DNA of 64,000 nucleotides from an uncultured Verrucomicrobiae bacterium (GCA_963834385.1 CAWIBO010000005.1:544001-608000), one strand, 5' to 3'; positions 24,461 to 37,647 are shown, numbered from the stretch's first letter. Made by a program: numbers and translations. The notes: generated by a model from the sequence alone, not told the origin.

Positions 24461-25093
24461 ATGGCTCTCCATCTCAACCTCCTTCACGAAGAAATCCACG
24501 AGGAACGGCAGCGCCGCCGCGATCCGCTCAAGATCGGTCTGCTCGTCCTCATCTGCCTCGGCGGCCTCATGTTCATCTATTACATGTGGAACGCCTACCA
24601 GACGCTCCAGATCAAGGGCCGTCTCGGCCGGGTCCAGGCGGACTGGGCGCAGATCGAGCCAAAAGTCACCGCGGCCCAGAAACGCGCCGCGGAGTTGAAC
24701 GGCATCATCAAGACGATGAAGCTCCTCGACGAGCGAATTGAAGGCCGGTTCTACTGGGCCCCGTTTCTCCAGCAGGTTGCCGCCTGTGTCGCCCCGAACA
24801 CGCAGGTGACCACCCTGCAGGGCGAGGTGAGCGAGGAGAAGAAAACGGTTTCGATCTCGCTCGAGGGCGTGGCCGCCGGCCGTGAACCTCGCGCCGCCGC
24901 CGAGGATCTCCGGCAGCTTTTGCAGGAACAGCTCGGTGGCACCTACAAAGGGGCCAAGGTCCAGTTCCGCACCCTGGAAGACCTCGACACCCTGGTGAAC
25001 GTGGGCGGTGCCAATGTGCCCATGGCCCGCTTTGTCGTCACCATCGATCTGGCCAAGCCGGAAGCAGACCGCGAGGCGGCCCCCAAGAAATGA
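24461..25093 (+). CDS. PilN-like protein
   Basis: LNLL N-terminal motif, TM, coiled coil, RFYW, ferredoxin-like region. Confidence 0.65.
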   Translation: MALHLNLLHEEIHEERQRRRDPLKIGLLVLICLGGLMFIYYMWNAYQTLQIKGRLGRVQADWAQIEPKVTAAQKRAAELNGIIKTMKLLDERIEGRFYWAPFLQQVAACVAPNTQVTTLQGEVSEEKKTVSISLEGVAAGREPRAAAEDLRQLLQEQLGGTYKGAKVQFRTLEDLDTLVNVGGANVPMARFVVTIDLAKPEADREAAPKK

Positions 25094-25674
25094 AACCCAT
25101 GAACATCGGCGGCACCACTCTCAGCAAGGATCAGGTCCAGAAGCTTCTTCTCGGCGCCGTCGGCGTCGCCGCCCTGATCTACATCTATTTCAGCTTCTTT
25201 CTCGGGCCCCTCAACAAGAGCCGGAAGGACGCGAACTGGGCCATCGAAAATCTCCAGGGCAAAATCGCCAATTCGGAGACGGAAATGAACAAGGCCAAAA
25301 AACTCGAGCAGCAGGCCGGTGCCGCCACCCAGCGTTTCGCCGCCCTGAAAGCCTACTCGCCCGAAGGCGCCCCGATTGCCTGGTTCCCGCCCCGGATCAA
25401 ATCGTTCTTTGCCGGGCATCAGGTCGACAAGGCCACCGCGCGGATGGAGACCACTGGCGCTTTCAAGGAGGAAGAACTGGCCGATTGGACCAATTATGCC
25501 TGGCTGATCGAGGTTCCCCAGGCCGGTTTCGCCGAGATGGGCACCGCCCTGGCCGCGCTCGAAAACGCCGAGCCGCTTCTCACCATCAACAAGATCAACA
25601 TGCGGACCCTGGAGGAGGCACCTGAAATGCAGGCCACCACCATCGCCGCCAGCACCGCCCTGGTGAAACAATGA
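25090..25674 (+). CDS. PilO-like protein
   Basis: TM + coiled coil + LAALEN..PLL.I; follows the pilN-like gene. Confidence 0.6.
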   Translation: MKPMNIGGTTLSKDQVQKLLLGAVGVAALIYIYFSFFLGPLNKSRKDANWAIENLQGKIANSETEMNKAKKLEQQAGAATQRFAALKAYSPEGAPIAWFPPRIKSFFAGHQVDKATARMETTGAFKEEELADWTNYAWLIEVPQAGFAEMGTALAALENAEPLLTINKINMRTLEEAPEMQATTIAASTALVKQ

Positions 25675-26093
25675 AAACGATTTCCCTTCTCTGCTTCCTC
25701 GGTTTCGCCACCATCGTCCTCGCGGAGGAAACCGCGCCCCCGGCGGCCACCCCTCCCCCCTTTGAATTGAAGAACAAATCTTCCTTCAATGCCGAGGTCG
25801 CCTCCCGCAGCCCGTTCTGGCCCATCGGTTACCGCCCCGCGATCAGAAAAGCGGGCGACGCCGAGCGTTCCGGCCCCGAAATTCCCTCCTCGGCCTTCAC
25901 CGTCACCTCGATCATGCTCGATCCCGGCGCCCACTTCGCCATCGTCAACGGCAAGATCATGCAGGAAGGCCAGCAGTTTGGCCTCAAGTTCGGGAACCAG
26001 GTCTACCAGATCACCCTCAAGGCCATCCAGGACGGGCAAATCGTTCTGCAGCGGCGCGACGAGGAGATCATCGTCCCGCTCACCCGCAAGTAG
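25671..26093 (+). CDS. PilP/GspC-like periplasmic protein
   Basis: Signal peptide, RSPFWP, FAIVNGKIMQEG...I.DGQIVL. Confidence 0.55.
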   Translation: MKTISLLCFLGFATIVLAEETAPPAATPPPFELKNKSSFNAEVASRSPFWPIGYRPAIRKAGDAERSGPEIPSSAFTVTSIMLDPGAHFAIVNGKIMQEGQQFGLKFGNQVYQITLKAIQDGQIVLQRRDEEIIVPLTRK

Positions 26094-26097
26094 GGCT

Positions 26098-28141
26098 CTA
26101 CCCGCCGGCCGATTCGAGCTGCGCCACCGGCACGAACTCGCTTTCGTGCAGCACCACCGGCTTTTTCCCGCGCAGCAGCCGCCACCATTCCCGCACGCAC
26201 CCGGCCACGATCAGGCAGACGAGCACCAGGAAAAGCAGGGCCACCACCGCGTCGATCCGCCAGACGCCGGCCTGCCGCACCATCCCCGCGGCCGCTTCGG
26301 GCGCCGCACTTTCCGCCTGTTCAAGCAGGCCCCGGGCGCCGCTCAGGAAACCGATCCGTGGGTTCGGCGAAAAGACCTTGAGATAGCCGGCGGAGAACGT
26401 CACCGCCACCATGAAGCAAAGCGGCGCCAGCGTGACCCAGATGTATTTCACCCGCCCCATCTTGATCAGGAGGGTGGTGCCGAGACAAAGCGCGATGACG
26501 GAAAGAAGCTGATTGGAGAGGCCAAAGAGGGGCCAGAGCGTGTTGATCCCGCCCAGGGGATCAATCACTCCCTGGTAAAGGAACCAGCCCCAGGCCGACA
26601 CCAGCAAAACGCTGGTCAGGAAATTGGCCGGCCACGACCTCGTATCGCCGAGCGGCCGCCAGACGTTCCCCAGCAAATCCTGGAGCAGAAACCGGCCTAC
26701 CCGCGTCCCGGCATCCAGGGTCGTCAGGATGAACAAGGCCTCGAACATGATGGCGAAGTGATACCAAAGGGCCAGCGCGGTCGGGCTCTTCGTCAGGCCG
26801 GCAAACATCTGCGCCATCCCCACGGCAAAGGTGGGCGCGCCGCCGGCCCGCCCGAACATGGTGTCCTCCCCGAGATTGCGCGCCAGTTGCTCCATCCCCT
26901 CCTCCGTCACCGGAAAACCCTGCGCCGTGATGGAGGCCACCACCTCGGCCGGTGCGCCCTTGGTGTTGATCGCGAAATACTCGCCCGGCTGGAGCACGCA
27001 CGCCGCAATCACCGCCATCAACGCCACCATCATCTCCGTCACCATGGCGCCGTAGCCGATGTCGCGAATCCGCCGTTCGTTCCCGATCATCTTGGAGGTG
27101 GTCCCCGAGGCGATCAGGGCATGGAAACCGGACACCGCGCCGCAGGCGATGGTGATGCAGACAAACGGAAACACCGGGCCGGCAAATACCGGGCCGGTAC
27201 CGTCGATGAACCGCGTCACCGAGGGCATCAGGAGCGTGGGCCGCAAAACGATGACCGCTCCGGCGAGGGCCGCCACGGTTCCCAGTTTCAAAAAGGTGCT
27301 GAGATAATCGCGCGGGGTCAGCAGCATCCAGACCGGCAAAATGGAGGCCGCCAGGCCATAAGCCATGATGGCCCAGGCCAGCCAGCGCCCGTCGTGCCGG
27401 AACCAGCTTTCGATCTCGGGATAGTTTGAGAGGAACTGCCCGCCCCAGACGCCAAAGGCAAGGCCGACCAGGCCGAAGGCGGTGATCCAGCCGACGTTGA
27501 ACCGCCCGGAGCGGAGCCCGAGACCCATGAGCAGCGCCACCGGGATGGTGGTGGCAATGGTGAACACTCCCCACGGACTCTTCGCCAGCGCCTGCACCAC
27601 CACGAGCGCCAGCACGGCCATGAGCATGATCATGATCAGCAGGACACTGATCAACGCGAGCGTGCCCACCCACGGGACCGATCTCTTCCCGCACCATCTG
27701 TCCCAGCGTCTTCCCGCGCCGGCGGACGGAGGCAAAAAGGATGACCATGTCGTGCACCGCCCCGCCCAGGGTGGCGCCGACCAGGATCCAGAGTGTCCCG
27801 GGGAGAAAACCGAATTGCGAGGCGAGCACCGGTCCCACCAGGGGACCCGGTCCCGCGATGGCGGCGAAATGGTGGCCGAAAACCATCCAGCGATTTGTCG
27901 GCACGAAATCCTTCCCGTCCTTCAGGACATGCGCGGGCGTGGCCCGTTCGTCGTTCAGGGTGAGAACGCGCGCGGCAATCCACGCGCTGTAAAAGCGGTA
28001 ACTGATGGCCGCGGTGCACAACCCGGCCACGATGATCCAGAGCGCGCTGATCGGTTCCCCGCGGGAAAGCGCCAGCACCGCTACCGAGCCGGAACCGGCC
28101 AGCGCCACTAAAACCCAAAGCAGCTTTTTCCAGACGCTCAT
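26098..28141 (-). CDS. cstA: Carbon starvation protein A (peptide/pyruvate transporter); frameshift near 27672
   Basis: DGKDFVPTN, FGHHFAAIAGPGPLVGP, PVWMLLTPRDYLS, ITIACGAVSGFH, FILTTLDAGTRVGRF. Confidence 0.95.
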
Positions 28142-28192
28142 GCGACGGGAGGCACCGTAGCAAACCGGATCGGGCCGCGCCACTCCGCTCGC

Positions 28193-30832
28193 TCAGTCCA
28201 GCGCCCCGCGCGCCTCCCGCAGCTGCGCCAGTCGCCCGGCAAAATCGGCTTTCCGTTTCTCATGCTCCTGCACCACCGCCGCCGGCGCCCGGTCAACAAA
28301 GGAACGGTTGCCCAGCTTTTGCGTGACCGTTTCCAGCTCTTTCTCCATTTTCGCGATCTCCTTGTCGAGCCGTTCGCGCTCGCCCGCGCGATCCGCCGCC
28401 GCGATCTCGAGGAACAGTTCACCGGCACTGGTGGCCGCCACCGGAAATCCGTCCCGGCCCGCATACTCCGGCTGCAGGGCGATCGCCTCGGCATTGAGAA
28501 GCCGGGCGATGGTTTCGACCTCCTGCGCGATCGCCGGTCTTACCCCTCGCAAGATGTATCGGCCCTTCTTGTTCGACGGAAGTTTCGCCTCCGCCCGCAG
28601 GTTGCGCCCGGCCTGCACCAGCGCATACACGCCGGTCACGGTTTCGCTCGCGCCCCCATCGCGGTCAGGCAGGTCCACCGCCTGGGGCGGCGCCGCGAAC
28701 TGGATCGAATCCCCGCGGCTGCCGTCGGTGGCCGATCCCGCGAAACCCAGGAGATGCCACAGCTCCTCGGTCAGATGCGGCATGAACGGGTGCAACAGGC
28801 GCAGCACACCGGACAACACCAGGTCCATCACCTCGAGGGCCGCCTGTTTGCGGCCGGGGTCCTCGGAGAAAATCTCGGCCTTGGCGGCCTCCACGAACCA
28901 GTCGCAGTAATCGCTCCAGAAAAAATCGTAGAGGCGTTGCGCGATCTCGTTGAAGCGATACTCGAGGTAGGCGTTGGTCACGCCGGCAATCAGCTCGTTG
29001 TAACGCACCAGCACCTCGCGCGCGTAGATCGAGAGGCGCGCCCCGTCGATTTCCACCCGCGCCGCACTGGGACCGTGCATCTGCCGGAACCGCGCCGCAT
29101 TCCAAAGCTTGGTCGCGAAATTCCGGCCTTCCTCGATCTGCTTCTCGTCAAACCGCACATCCTGTCCGCTGGGCGCCACCCGCATCAGCCCGAAGCGCAG
29201 GCCGTCCGCCCCGTATTTCGCCATGAGCTCGAGGGGATCGGGCGAGTTCCCCAGCGATTTGCTCATCTTCCGGCCGGAGCGATCCCGGATCAGGCTGGTG
29301 AAATAAACGTCGCGAAACGGAATGTTATCCTCCGCCTTCTCGCCTTGGCCCGGGCGAAACTCGAGGCCGGCAATGATCATCCGGGCCACCCAGAAGAAAA
29401 TGATGTCGGGCGCCGTCACGAGCACGTTGGTCGGGTAGAACTTGCGGCGCGTCGCCGGGTCCATCGTTTCGTAGGCCCAGATCCAGGAGGAAAACCAGGT
29501 GTCGAGCGTGTCGGGATCGCGCGTCCAGCCTTCCCCCGGCGACTCAACCTGCACCTTCATTTCCTCGCCTTCGCGATACCAGGCCGGGATCCGGTGCCCC
29601 CACCAGACCTGGCGGCTGATGCACCAGTCACGGATGTTCTCCAGCCATTGCGCATAGACCTTCTCCCAGTGCGCGGGAAAAAAGCGGATGAGGTGATCGC
29701 GCACCACGGCCAGTGCTTCCTCGGTTTTCGGGTAACGCAGGAACCATTGTTCGCTCAGGCGCGGTTCAATCGGGACATTCGCGCGTTCACTGAACCCGAC
29801 CGTGTTCTCGTAAGGCTCCTCCTTCGCCAGCAACCCCTGCTCGTGCAGGAGTTCCGCGGCTTTCTGCCGCGCGGCAAAACGCTCCATCCCATGCAGCTCG
29901 GGCGCGTCCGGGCAGTTGATTTTTCCGTCCTCGGTCAAAACGTCGACCGCCGGCAGGCCGTGACGTTCGCCTATTTCAAAATCCACCTTGTCGTGCGCGG
30001 GCGTGACCTTCAGTCCGCCGGTGCCAAATTCCGGGTCGATCGCCTCGTCAGCGATCACAGGGATTTGCGCGCGCGCCAGCGGACGCCAGGCCATTCGCCC
30101 CACCAGGTCGCGGTAGCGTTTGTCCCCCGGATGCACCGCCACGGCCGCGTCCGCCATGATGGTTTCCGGCCGGGTTGTCGCCACCTCGAGAAACCGCCCG
30201 GGTTCATCGACCATCTCGTAGCGCACGTAATACAGGCTCCCCTTTTGCCGGGTCGGGATGACCTCCTCGTCGGAGAGCGCGGTCCGCGCCGCCGGGTCCC
30301 AGTTGATCATGCGCCGGCCCCGGTAAATCAGACCCTTGCGGTGAAGGTCGACGAAGACATCCTCGACCGCCCGCACGTAACCGGCGTCGAAGGTATAACG
30401 AAGCCGCGCCCAGTCGCACGAACAGCCAAGACGCTTGAGCTGTTCAATGATGATGCCGCCATGTTTGTCCTGCCATTCCACCACCCGCCGGAGAAACTCT
30501 TCGCGTCCATATTCGCGCCTCCCCTTTTTTTCCGTGCGCCAAAGGTGCTTCTCCACCGCGGTCTGCGTGGCCACCCCGGCGTGATCGGTCCCCGGCAGCC
30601 AGAGCACCTCGTGTCCCGTCATGCGTGCCCGCCGGGCCAGGATGTCCTGGATGGTATTGTTCAGGACGTGCCCCAGGGTCAGCACGCCGGTGATGTTGGG
30701 CGGGGGAATGACGATTGAGTAGGCCGGCCGGCTCGAGGCGGGATCGGCGTGGTAATCGCCCCGCTCCAGCCAGCGGGCATACCAGCGCGGCTCCACCCCC
30801 GCGGGTTCATACGTTTTCGTCAGTTCAGCCAT
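28193..30832 (-). CDS. valS: Valine--tRNA ligase
   Basis: PPPNITGVLTLGH, PGTDHAG, DWCISRQ.WWGH, KMSKS, C-terminal coiled coil. Confidence 0.97.
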   Translation of the reverse strand: MAELTKTYEPAGVEPRWYARWLERGDYHADPASSRPAYSIVIPPPNITGVLTLGHVLNNTIQDILARRARMTGHEVLWLPGTDHAGVATQTAVEKHLWRTEKKGRREYGREEFLRRVVEWQDKHGGIIIEQLKRLGCSCDWARLRYTFDAGYVRAVEDVFVDLHRKGLIYRGRRMINWDPAARTALSDEEVIPTRQKGSLYYVRYEMVDEPGRFLEVATTRPETIMADAAVAVHPGDKRYRDLVGRMAWRPLARAQIPVIADEAIDPEFGTGGLKVTPAHDKVDFEIGERHGLPAVDVLTEDGKINCPDAPELHGMERFAARQKAAELLHEQGLLAKEEPYENTVGFSERANVPIEPRLSEQWFLRYPKTEEALAVVRDHLIRFFPAHWEKVYAQWLENIRDWCISRQVWWGHRIPAWYREGEEMKVQVESPGEGWTRDPDTLDTWFSSWIWAYETMDPATRRKFYPTNVLVTAPDIIFFWVARMIIAGLEFRPGQGEKAEDNIPFRDVYFTSLIRDRSGRKMSKSLGNSPDPLELMAKYGADGLRFGLMRVAPSGQDVRFDEKQIEEGRNFATKLWNAARFRQMHGPSAARVEIDGARLSIYAREVLVRYNELIAGVTNAYLEYRFNEIAQRLYDFFWSDYCDWFVEAAKAEIFSEDPGRKQAALEVMDLVLSGVLRLLHPFMPHLTEELWHLLGFAGSATDGSRGDSIQFAAPPQAVDLPDRDGGASETVTGVYALVQAGRNLRAEAKLPSNKKGRYILRGVRPAIAQEVETIARLLNAEAIALQPEYAGRDGFPVAATSAGELFLEIAAADRAGERERLDKEIAKMEKELETVTQKLGNRSFVDRAPAAVVQEHEKRKADFAGRLAQLREARGALD

Positions 30833-30950
30833 GAGAGAGGGAACCATCGGAAGCCGTGCCTCCTTTGCAAAACGAATTCCTGCGACGCCCTCCGTTTTTC
30901 CCGACGTTGCCACCGCCCACGCCGACGTTAAGGATTGAAACCTCGTCCTC

Positions 30951-32069
30951 ATGTCGAAAAAGATCCTTCTGCTCCTTCTTCTCGCCAGCCTGGCCGCCGC
31001 AGGGGCCGGCGCCGCTGACTGGGCGGTGCACCGTCACCGCGGACGCGATTACGTTTCTTTTGCCAACGTCGGGCAATTTTACCAGATGCCTCAGCACCAC
31101 CGCGATCTTCGCTCGGTTTCGCTCCGCTCGGACCGGCGCCGGCTGCGCGCTTCCATCGACAAGAGCGAGGTGTTCATCAACGGCGTTCGCTTCTTCACCC
31201 ATTTCCCGATTATCAGCAGTGACGGGCGCGAGCTTATTTCCTCCATCGACGTCACCAAGATCCTTGACCCGATTCTCCGGCCCCACCAGATCGAGGCCAG
31301 CCGCCGCATTGATACCGTCATCCTCGATCCCGGGCATGGGGGGATGGACCAGGGCACCCATAACCGCTGGGGCACGGAGAAGGAGTTCGCGCTCGATGTC
31401 GCCCTGAAAGCCCGCGCCTATCTCATGCAGGCCGGGTTCCGGGTGGAGATGACACGGGTGAAAGACGAGGCGAAATCGCTCGACGAGCGCCTTGCCTTTG
31501 CTGCCCGTTTCCCCAATGCGGTCCTCATCAGCATTCATTTCAATACCGGGGGCGGCAGCGGGGTCGAAAGCTATGCCCTGGCCCCGGCGGGAGTCCCTTC
31601 CAGCAGTTCCGGCGAGGACAATGCTTCCACCAGCGACATGAAGCTCTTCGAGGGCAACCGGCGCGATTCCCTAAACGTGGCCCTGACCGCCGCGGTGCAT
31701 GCTTCCATCCTTTCCCGGCTGCCCATGATCGATCGCGGCGTGCGCCATGCCCGTTTCCGCATCCTGCGCGAGGCGCCCGTCCCGGCCGTCCTGATCGAGG
31801 GCGGTTTCCTGAGCAACCCGGGCGATGCGTCGCGCATCGCCACCGCCCAATATCGCCAGCAACTCGCCTTTGCCATTGCCCAGGCAGTGCGAAGCTTCGA
31901 CGCAGCCGTCAATTACCGGACGTCGGGCGCAAACTTTGCCGTTGCCATGAGCACGCTCCCACCACATTCAGAAAGCATCGCCGAGCCGCTCCTCACACCC
32001 GAGCCCGGCCGCCTCCGGGAAGAACAAACGCCGTCAGTCACCATTCAGGGAGGCCCGCGTTCGCGATGA
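30951..32069 (+). CDS. N-acetylmuramoyl-L-alanine amidase (Amidase_3)
   Basis: Signal peptide, ILDPGHGG.D, EKE, SIHFN, PAVLIEGGFLSN. Confidence 0.92.
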   Translation: MSKKILLLLLLASLAAAGAGAADWAVHRHRGRDYVSFANVGQFYQMPQHHRDLRSVSLRSDRRRLRASIDKSEVFINGVRFFTHFPIISSDGRELISSIDVTKILDPILRPHQIEASRRIDTVILDPGHGGMDQGTHNRWGTEKEFALDVALKARAYLMQAGFRVEMTRVKDEAKSLDERLAFAARFPNAVLISIHFNTGGGSGVESYALAPAGVPSSSSGEDNASTSDMKLFEGNRRDSLNVALTAAVHASILSRLPMIDRGVRHARFRILREAPVPAVLIEGGFLSNPGDASRIATAQYRQQLAFAIAQAVRSFDAAVNYRTSGANFAVAMSTLPPHSESIAEPLLTPEPGRLREEQTPSVTIQGGPRSR

Positions 32070-32881
32070 ACGATTCGCGGCCCATCGGTGTTTTCGATTC
32101 CGGCATCGGCGGCCTGACCGTGGCCGCCGCTCTCCGGCGCCTGCTTCCCCACGAATCGATTGTTTATCTCGGCGACACCGCGCGCGTCCCTTACGGCGGA
32201 AAAAGCGCGGCCACGGTCGAGCGCTACAGCCTCGAGCTGGCGGACATTCTTCTGGCGGACAATTGCAAAGCCATGGTGGTGGCGTGCAACACCGCCTCGG
32301 CCCTGGCCCTGCCCGCGCTCCAGCGAACGCTCCCTGTGCCGGTCCTCGGCGTGATCGAGCCGGGCGCCGCCGCGGCCGTCGCCGCCACCCGTTCCAACCA
32401 CGTCGGCGTTATCGGAACCCGCGCCACCATTCGGAGCGGTGCCTACGAGAAAGCCCTGCGCCTGCTGCGGCCAGAGATCAGGATCACCGTCCAGGCCTGT
32501 CCTTTGCTGGTGCCGTTGATCGAGGAGGGCCGACTCGAAAGCGATCTGACCAACATGGCCATTGCCGAGTATCTCGAACCGCTCCTGCGGGATGGGGTCG
32601 ATACCCTCGTTCTCGGCTGCACGCATTATCCGTTGCTTGCGCCCGCCCTCGGCCGCGCCGCGCGCGGCATTCAGCTGGTCGATTCCGCGCAGAACTGTGC
32701 GGCCGCCACGGAGCGACTCCTGCGCGAGAACGGTCTCAGCGCCTCCCCTTCGGCTCCGGGCCGGTTGCAGGTCGCGCTGACTGATCCGCCCGACCATTTT
32801 CTTTCCGTGGCGCGCGACGCGCTCCGTCTCGAGATCGGCGAAGTCGCGCTCCGCGAGGTGCTGCACCCGGCGAAGGCCTGA
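32066..32881 (+). CDS. murI: Glutamate racemase
   Basis: IGVFDSGIGGLTV, PYG, VVACNTAS, LVLGCTHYP. Confidence 0.96.
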   Translation: MNDSRPIGVFDSGIGGLTVAAALRRLLPHESIVYLGDTARVPYGGKSAATVERYSLELADILLADNCKAMVVACNTASALALPALQRTLPVPVLGVIEPGAAAAVAATRSNHVGVIGTRATIRSGAYEKALRLLRPEIRITVQACPLLVPLIEEGRLESDLTNMAIAEYLEPLLRDGVDTLVLGCTHYPLLAPALGRAARGIQLVDSAQNCAAATERLLRENGLSASPSAPGRLQVALTDPPDHFLSVARDALRLEIGEVALREVLHPAKA

Positions 32882-32908
32882 GCGCAGCGTTGTTTGTTGA
32901 GCAGTCTG

Positions 32909-33923
32909 TTAGGAGGAGCCCGCGGCAGGCTGCCCGCTCCGGCGTCTCAGGAAGCCGGGCGAGGCGAGATGAAAAATGGCGGCGCCAATCAGCGAACGCA
33001 CTTCGCCGCGCTCCATCTTGATTTTCCGGGCGATCATCATCCGGCCCGGCCTGGCGCATGAGCTGGATGGTGCGGACCCCGATCAGCGCGGGCAAAGCCG
33101 TGGCGAAACGGAGCCGCACCGGGCGCACCGCACAGGCGTAATCAATTCCGCGGGCGAGACCCTCCTCCGCCCGGTCGAGCCAGCGCATGATCACCGGCAG
33201 CGCGGCCTCGGGCCGGTCCATGATTTCTTCCGGGCGCACCCCGACCGCGGCCAGCTCGTCCGCCGGCAGATAACAACGCCCGTTTCGCAGGTCCGCGCCA
33301 AGATCGCGCAAAACGTTTACGAGTTGCAGTCCCTGACCATAGGCCCGGCCCCATTCTTCCATCTCGGCGGCTGATCGATCGGCAAACCGCGGCAACTTGC
33401 GCGAAGCGATCCGTGTCCAGAATTCGCCGACGCATCCCGCGACAAGATAGGTGTATTCCTCCAGCTCAGCGGCCGTGGCCAGCGCCTGCACTCCGCCGCC
33501 GGGAAACCGTTCCAGGTCGAGCCGCTGACCGCGGGTGATATGCCCGAGCACCTCCCGGATGTCGCGCTGGTCGGCGGCCTCGGAGCGCTCCAGCCAGCGA
33601 ACGATTGCCGGCAGCTTTTCCAGCAAAACCCTTTCCCCGGGGTTTCCTTGCGGCGGTGCGAACCGGTCCGCCAGCGGTTGCGTTTCGGCGGCCGACCCGT
33701 TCCCGGCAAACACAGCGGCCAGGGCGGCCAAACCCTCGCGTCGCGCGTCCGGCTCGATCGCGCCGGTATCGGCGATGGTGTCACTCGCGCGCGCCAGCAG
33801 GTAGGCCAGGGTCACCGGATCACGCATCGGCCCCGGCAGCCACCGGATCGACAGGTAAAAGGAACGCGAGACCTCCCGCAGGACCGGGCCGCGCAGGGGG
33901 GCAATGTTATCGGGGTTGTTCAC
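32909..33923 (-). CDS. Squalene/phytoene synthase family protein; frameshift near 33040
   Basis: LREVSRSFYLSI, YLLARASDTIAD, YTYLVAGCVGEFW, GLQLVNVLRD...GRCYLP. Confidence 0.88.
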
Positions 33924-33944
33924 GTGCTATTCTGGCCTGGGAGC

Positions 33945-35043
33945 ATGGAGCCAATCCGCCACATTTACGCGCACATTCCGTTCTGCGCACGTCTCTGCCC
34001 TTATTGCGCCTTTTACAAGACCCTGCCCGATCGCGCCCTGGCCCGGCGCTTTTGCGAGGCGCTGGTGGCCGAGACCGCGGCTCCCGCCTGCCCGCTCCAG
34101 CCGGAAACGATCTTCTTCGGCGGAGGAACGCCCACGGCTTTGTCCCGGGCGGATCTCGATTATCTGCTCACCGGTTTCCGGCAGGCCCTCGACCCGGGGC
34201 AGCTCGCCGAATGGACGTTTGAAGCCAATCCCGGCAGCGTTTCGCGCGCCAAAGCGGAACTCCTGCGCGGACACGGGGTCAACCGGCTCAGCCTGGGTGT
34301 GCAATCGTGGGACGACGATCTGCTTCGTCTGCTCGGCCGCGAACATAACGCCGCCCAGGCGGACGAATCGTTTCACGAGATCCGCGCCGCCGGTTTCAAA
34401 AATATCAGCATCGACCTCATGTTCGGTTTGCCCGGGCAGACCCTGGCGCAATGGCGTGCGTCACTTGAGCGGACCGTGGCTCTTGGCCCGGAACATATCT
34501 CCACCTATTGCCTGACCTACGAGGAGGACACCGACTTTTTTCTGCGCCACCAGCGAGGCGAACTTAGGCAGGATCCCGATGCGGACGCCGGCTTCTTCGA
34601 GCTGGCGGCAACCCTTCTCGGCGAAGCGGGCTACCATCATTACGAAGTCTCGAACCATGCCCGGCCGGGCTTCGAGTCGGCCCATAATCGTGCCTATTGG
34701 GCCGGCGCGAATTATCTCGGGCTTGGCCCGAGCGCCTTCTCGACCGTCGGAGTCGCGGCGGTGGCAAAACGTGCCCGATTACCGGGCGTATACCGATCGG
34801 GTCCTGGCCGGGGAATCGGCCATTTCGTCGGTGGAACATCTCTCCGAGGAAGCGAAGCGCGCCGAGCGGATCGCCCTTTCGCTGCGCACGTCGTCGGGCG
34901 TCCCTGCGGACTGGCTCGCGGACGAGTCTGCGCAACAGGAAGAGTTTCTGTCGCTTGGGCTGCTCCGGCGGGAGGCCGACCGGATCATTCTGACCGAGCG
35001 CGGACGACTCCTGGCGGATGAAGTCGCCGGGGCTTTCGTCTGA
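33945..35043 (+). CDS. hemW: Radical SAM heme chaperone HemW (HemN-like); frameshift near 34755
   Basis: YAHIPFC..LCPYC.F, FFGGGTP, EANP, YEVSN, HN..YW, ends LTERGRLLADEV. Confidence 0.9.
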
Positions 35044-35059
35044 GGCGGCGCTGTGGATT

Positions 35060-35268
35060 GGACGCGCGAAGCGCGTCCCTCCGGAGGGACATGCTTCCGC
35101 ATGTCCACGTTTGCCGTTAAACCCCGCCGTAACGACGGCTTCGCCGACCAAAGCTCCGACGCCACCCAATTTCCGTTGCCTCGGACGCGCGGAAGCGCGT
35201 CCCTCCGGAGGGACATGCTTCCGCATGTCCACGATTGCCTAAACCCCGCCGTAACGACGGCTTCGCCG
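35060..35268. repeat. Two GGAG-type REP-like doublets in a ~123-bp tandem unit
   Basis: GGACGCGC(G)GAAGCGCGTCC-CTCC/GGAG-GGACATGCTTCCGCATGTCC at 35060-35106 and 35183-35230; plus a 29-nt exact repeat at 35118-35146 and 35240-35268. Confidence 0.85.
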
Positions 35269-35955
35269 GCCGTACTCGGCCACCGCCTCAAACAGGTCGG
35301 TCTTCGTAAAATCCGGCCAAAGCTTCGGCGTGACCCAGATTTCCGTGTAGGAAAGTTGCCAGAGCAGAAAATTGGAGAGACGCATCTCACCCGAGGTGCG
35401 AATGAGCAGATCAGGATCGGGATACGCCCGCGTGTACAAATGTTTGCTGAACATCTCGGGATCGATCATGGCGCTGTCGATGTGACCCGCCTTGACCTCG
35501 TGCACGATGCTGCGGATGCCGTCGATGATCTCGAGCCGGCCACCATAGCTCAACGCCAGGATCAGGGTGAGCCCGTTGTTCTGCGCGGTCTCCTCGATCG
35601 AACGATGCAACTGCCGCTGGCAGGCCTCCGGCAGGTCGGTCAGTCGCCCAATGGCCTGTAGCTTCACGTTCTTCTCCAGCAGCTCCGGCGTTTTCTCCTT
35701 CAGAAAACGTTCGAGCAGCTCCATCAGCGCGAAGACTTCCGCCTTGGGCCGCTGCCAGTTCTCGGCCGAGAACGCGTAAAGGGTCAGAAACTCGACCTTC
35801 AGTTCGCCGCAGGCTTCCACGCACTCGCGCACCGCCTGCGCCCCCTGCTCGTGCCCCTTGATCCGCGGCAGCCCGCGCGATTTCGCCCAGCGCCCGTTCC
35901 CGTCCATGATCACGGCGATGTGCCGCGGGATCTTGCTGGGAGAATCGGCGGCCAT
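35239..35955 (-). CDS. uppS: Undecaprenyl diphosphate synthase (isoprenyl transferase)
   Basis: PRHIAVIMDGNGRWA, YAFSAENW.RP, DPDLLIRTSGEMRLSNFLLWQ, RRYGG. Confidence 0.96.
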   Translation of the reverse strand: MAADSPSKIPRHIAVIMDGNGRWAKSRGLPRIKGHEQGAQAVRECVEACGELKVEFLTLYAFSAENWQRPKAEVFALMELLERFLKEKTPELLEKNVKLQAIGRLTDLPEACQRQLHRSIEETAQNNGLTLILALSYGGRLEIIDGIRSIVHEVKAGHIDSAMIDPEMFSKHLYTRAYPDPDLLIRTSGEMRLSNFLLWQLSYTEIWVTPKLWPDFTKTDLFEAVAEYGRRSRRYGGV

Positions 35956-35966
35956 GGCGGGAGGCG

Positions 35967-37646
<1,680 letters not shown>

Positions 37647-37647
37647 T

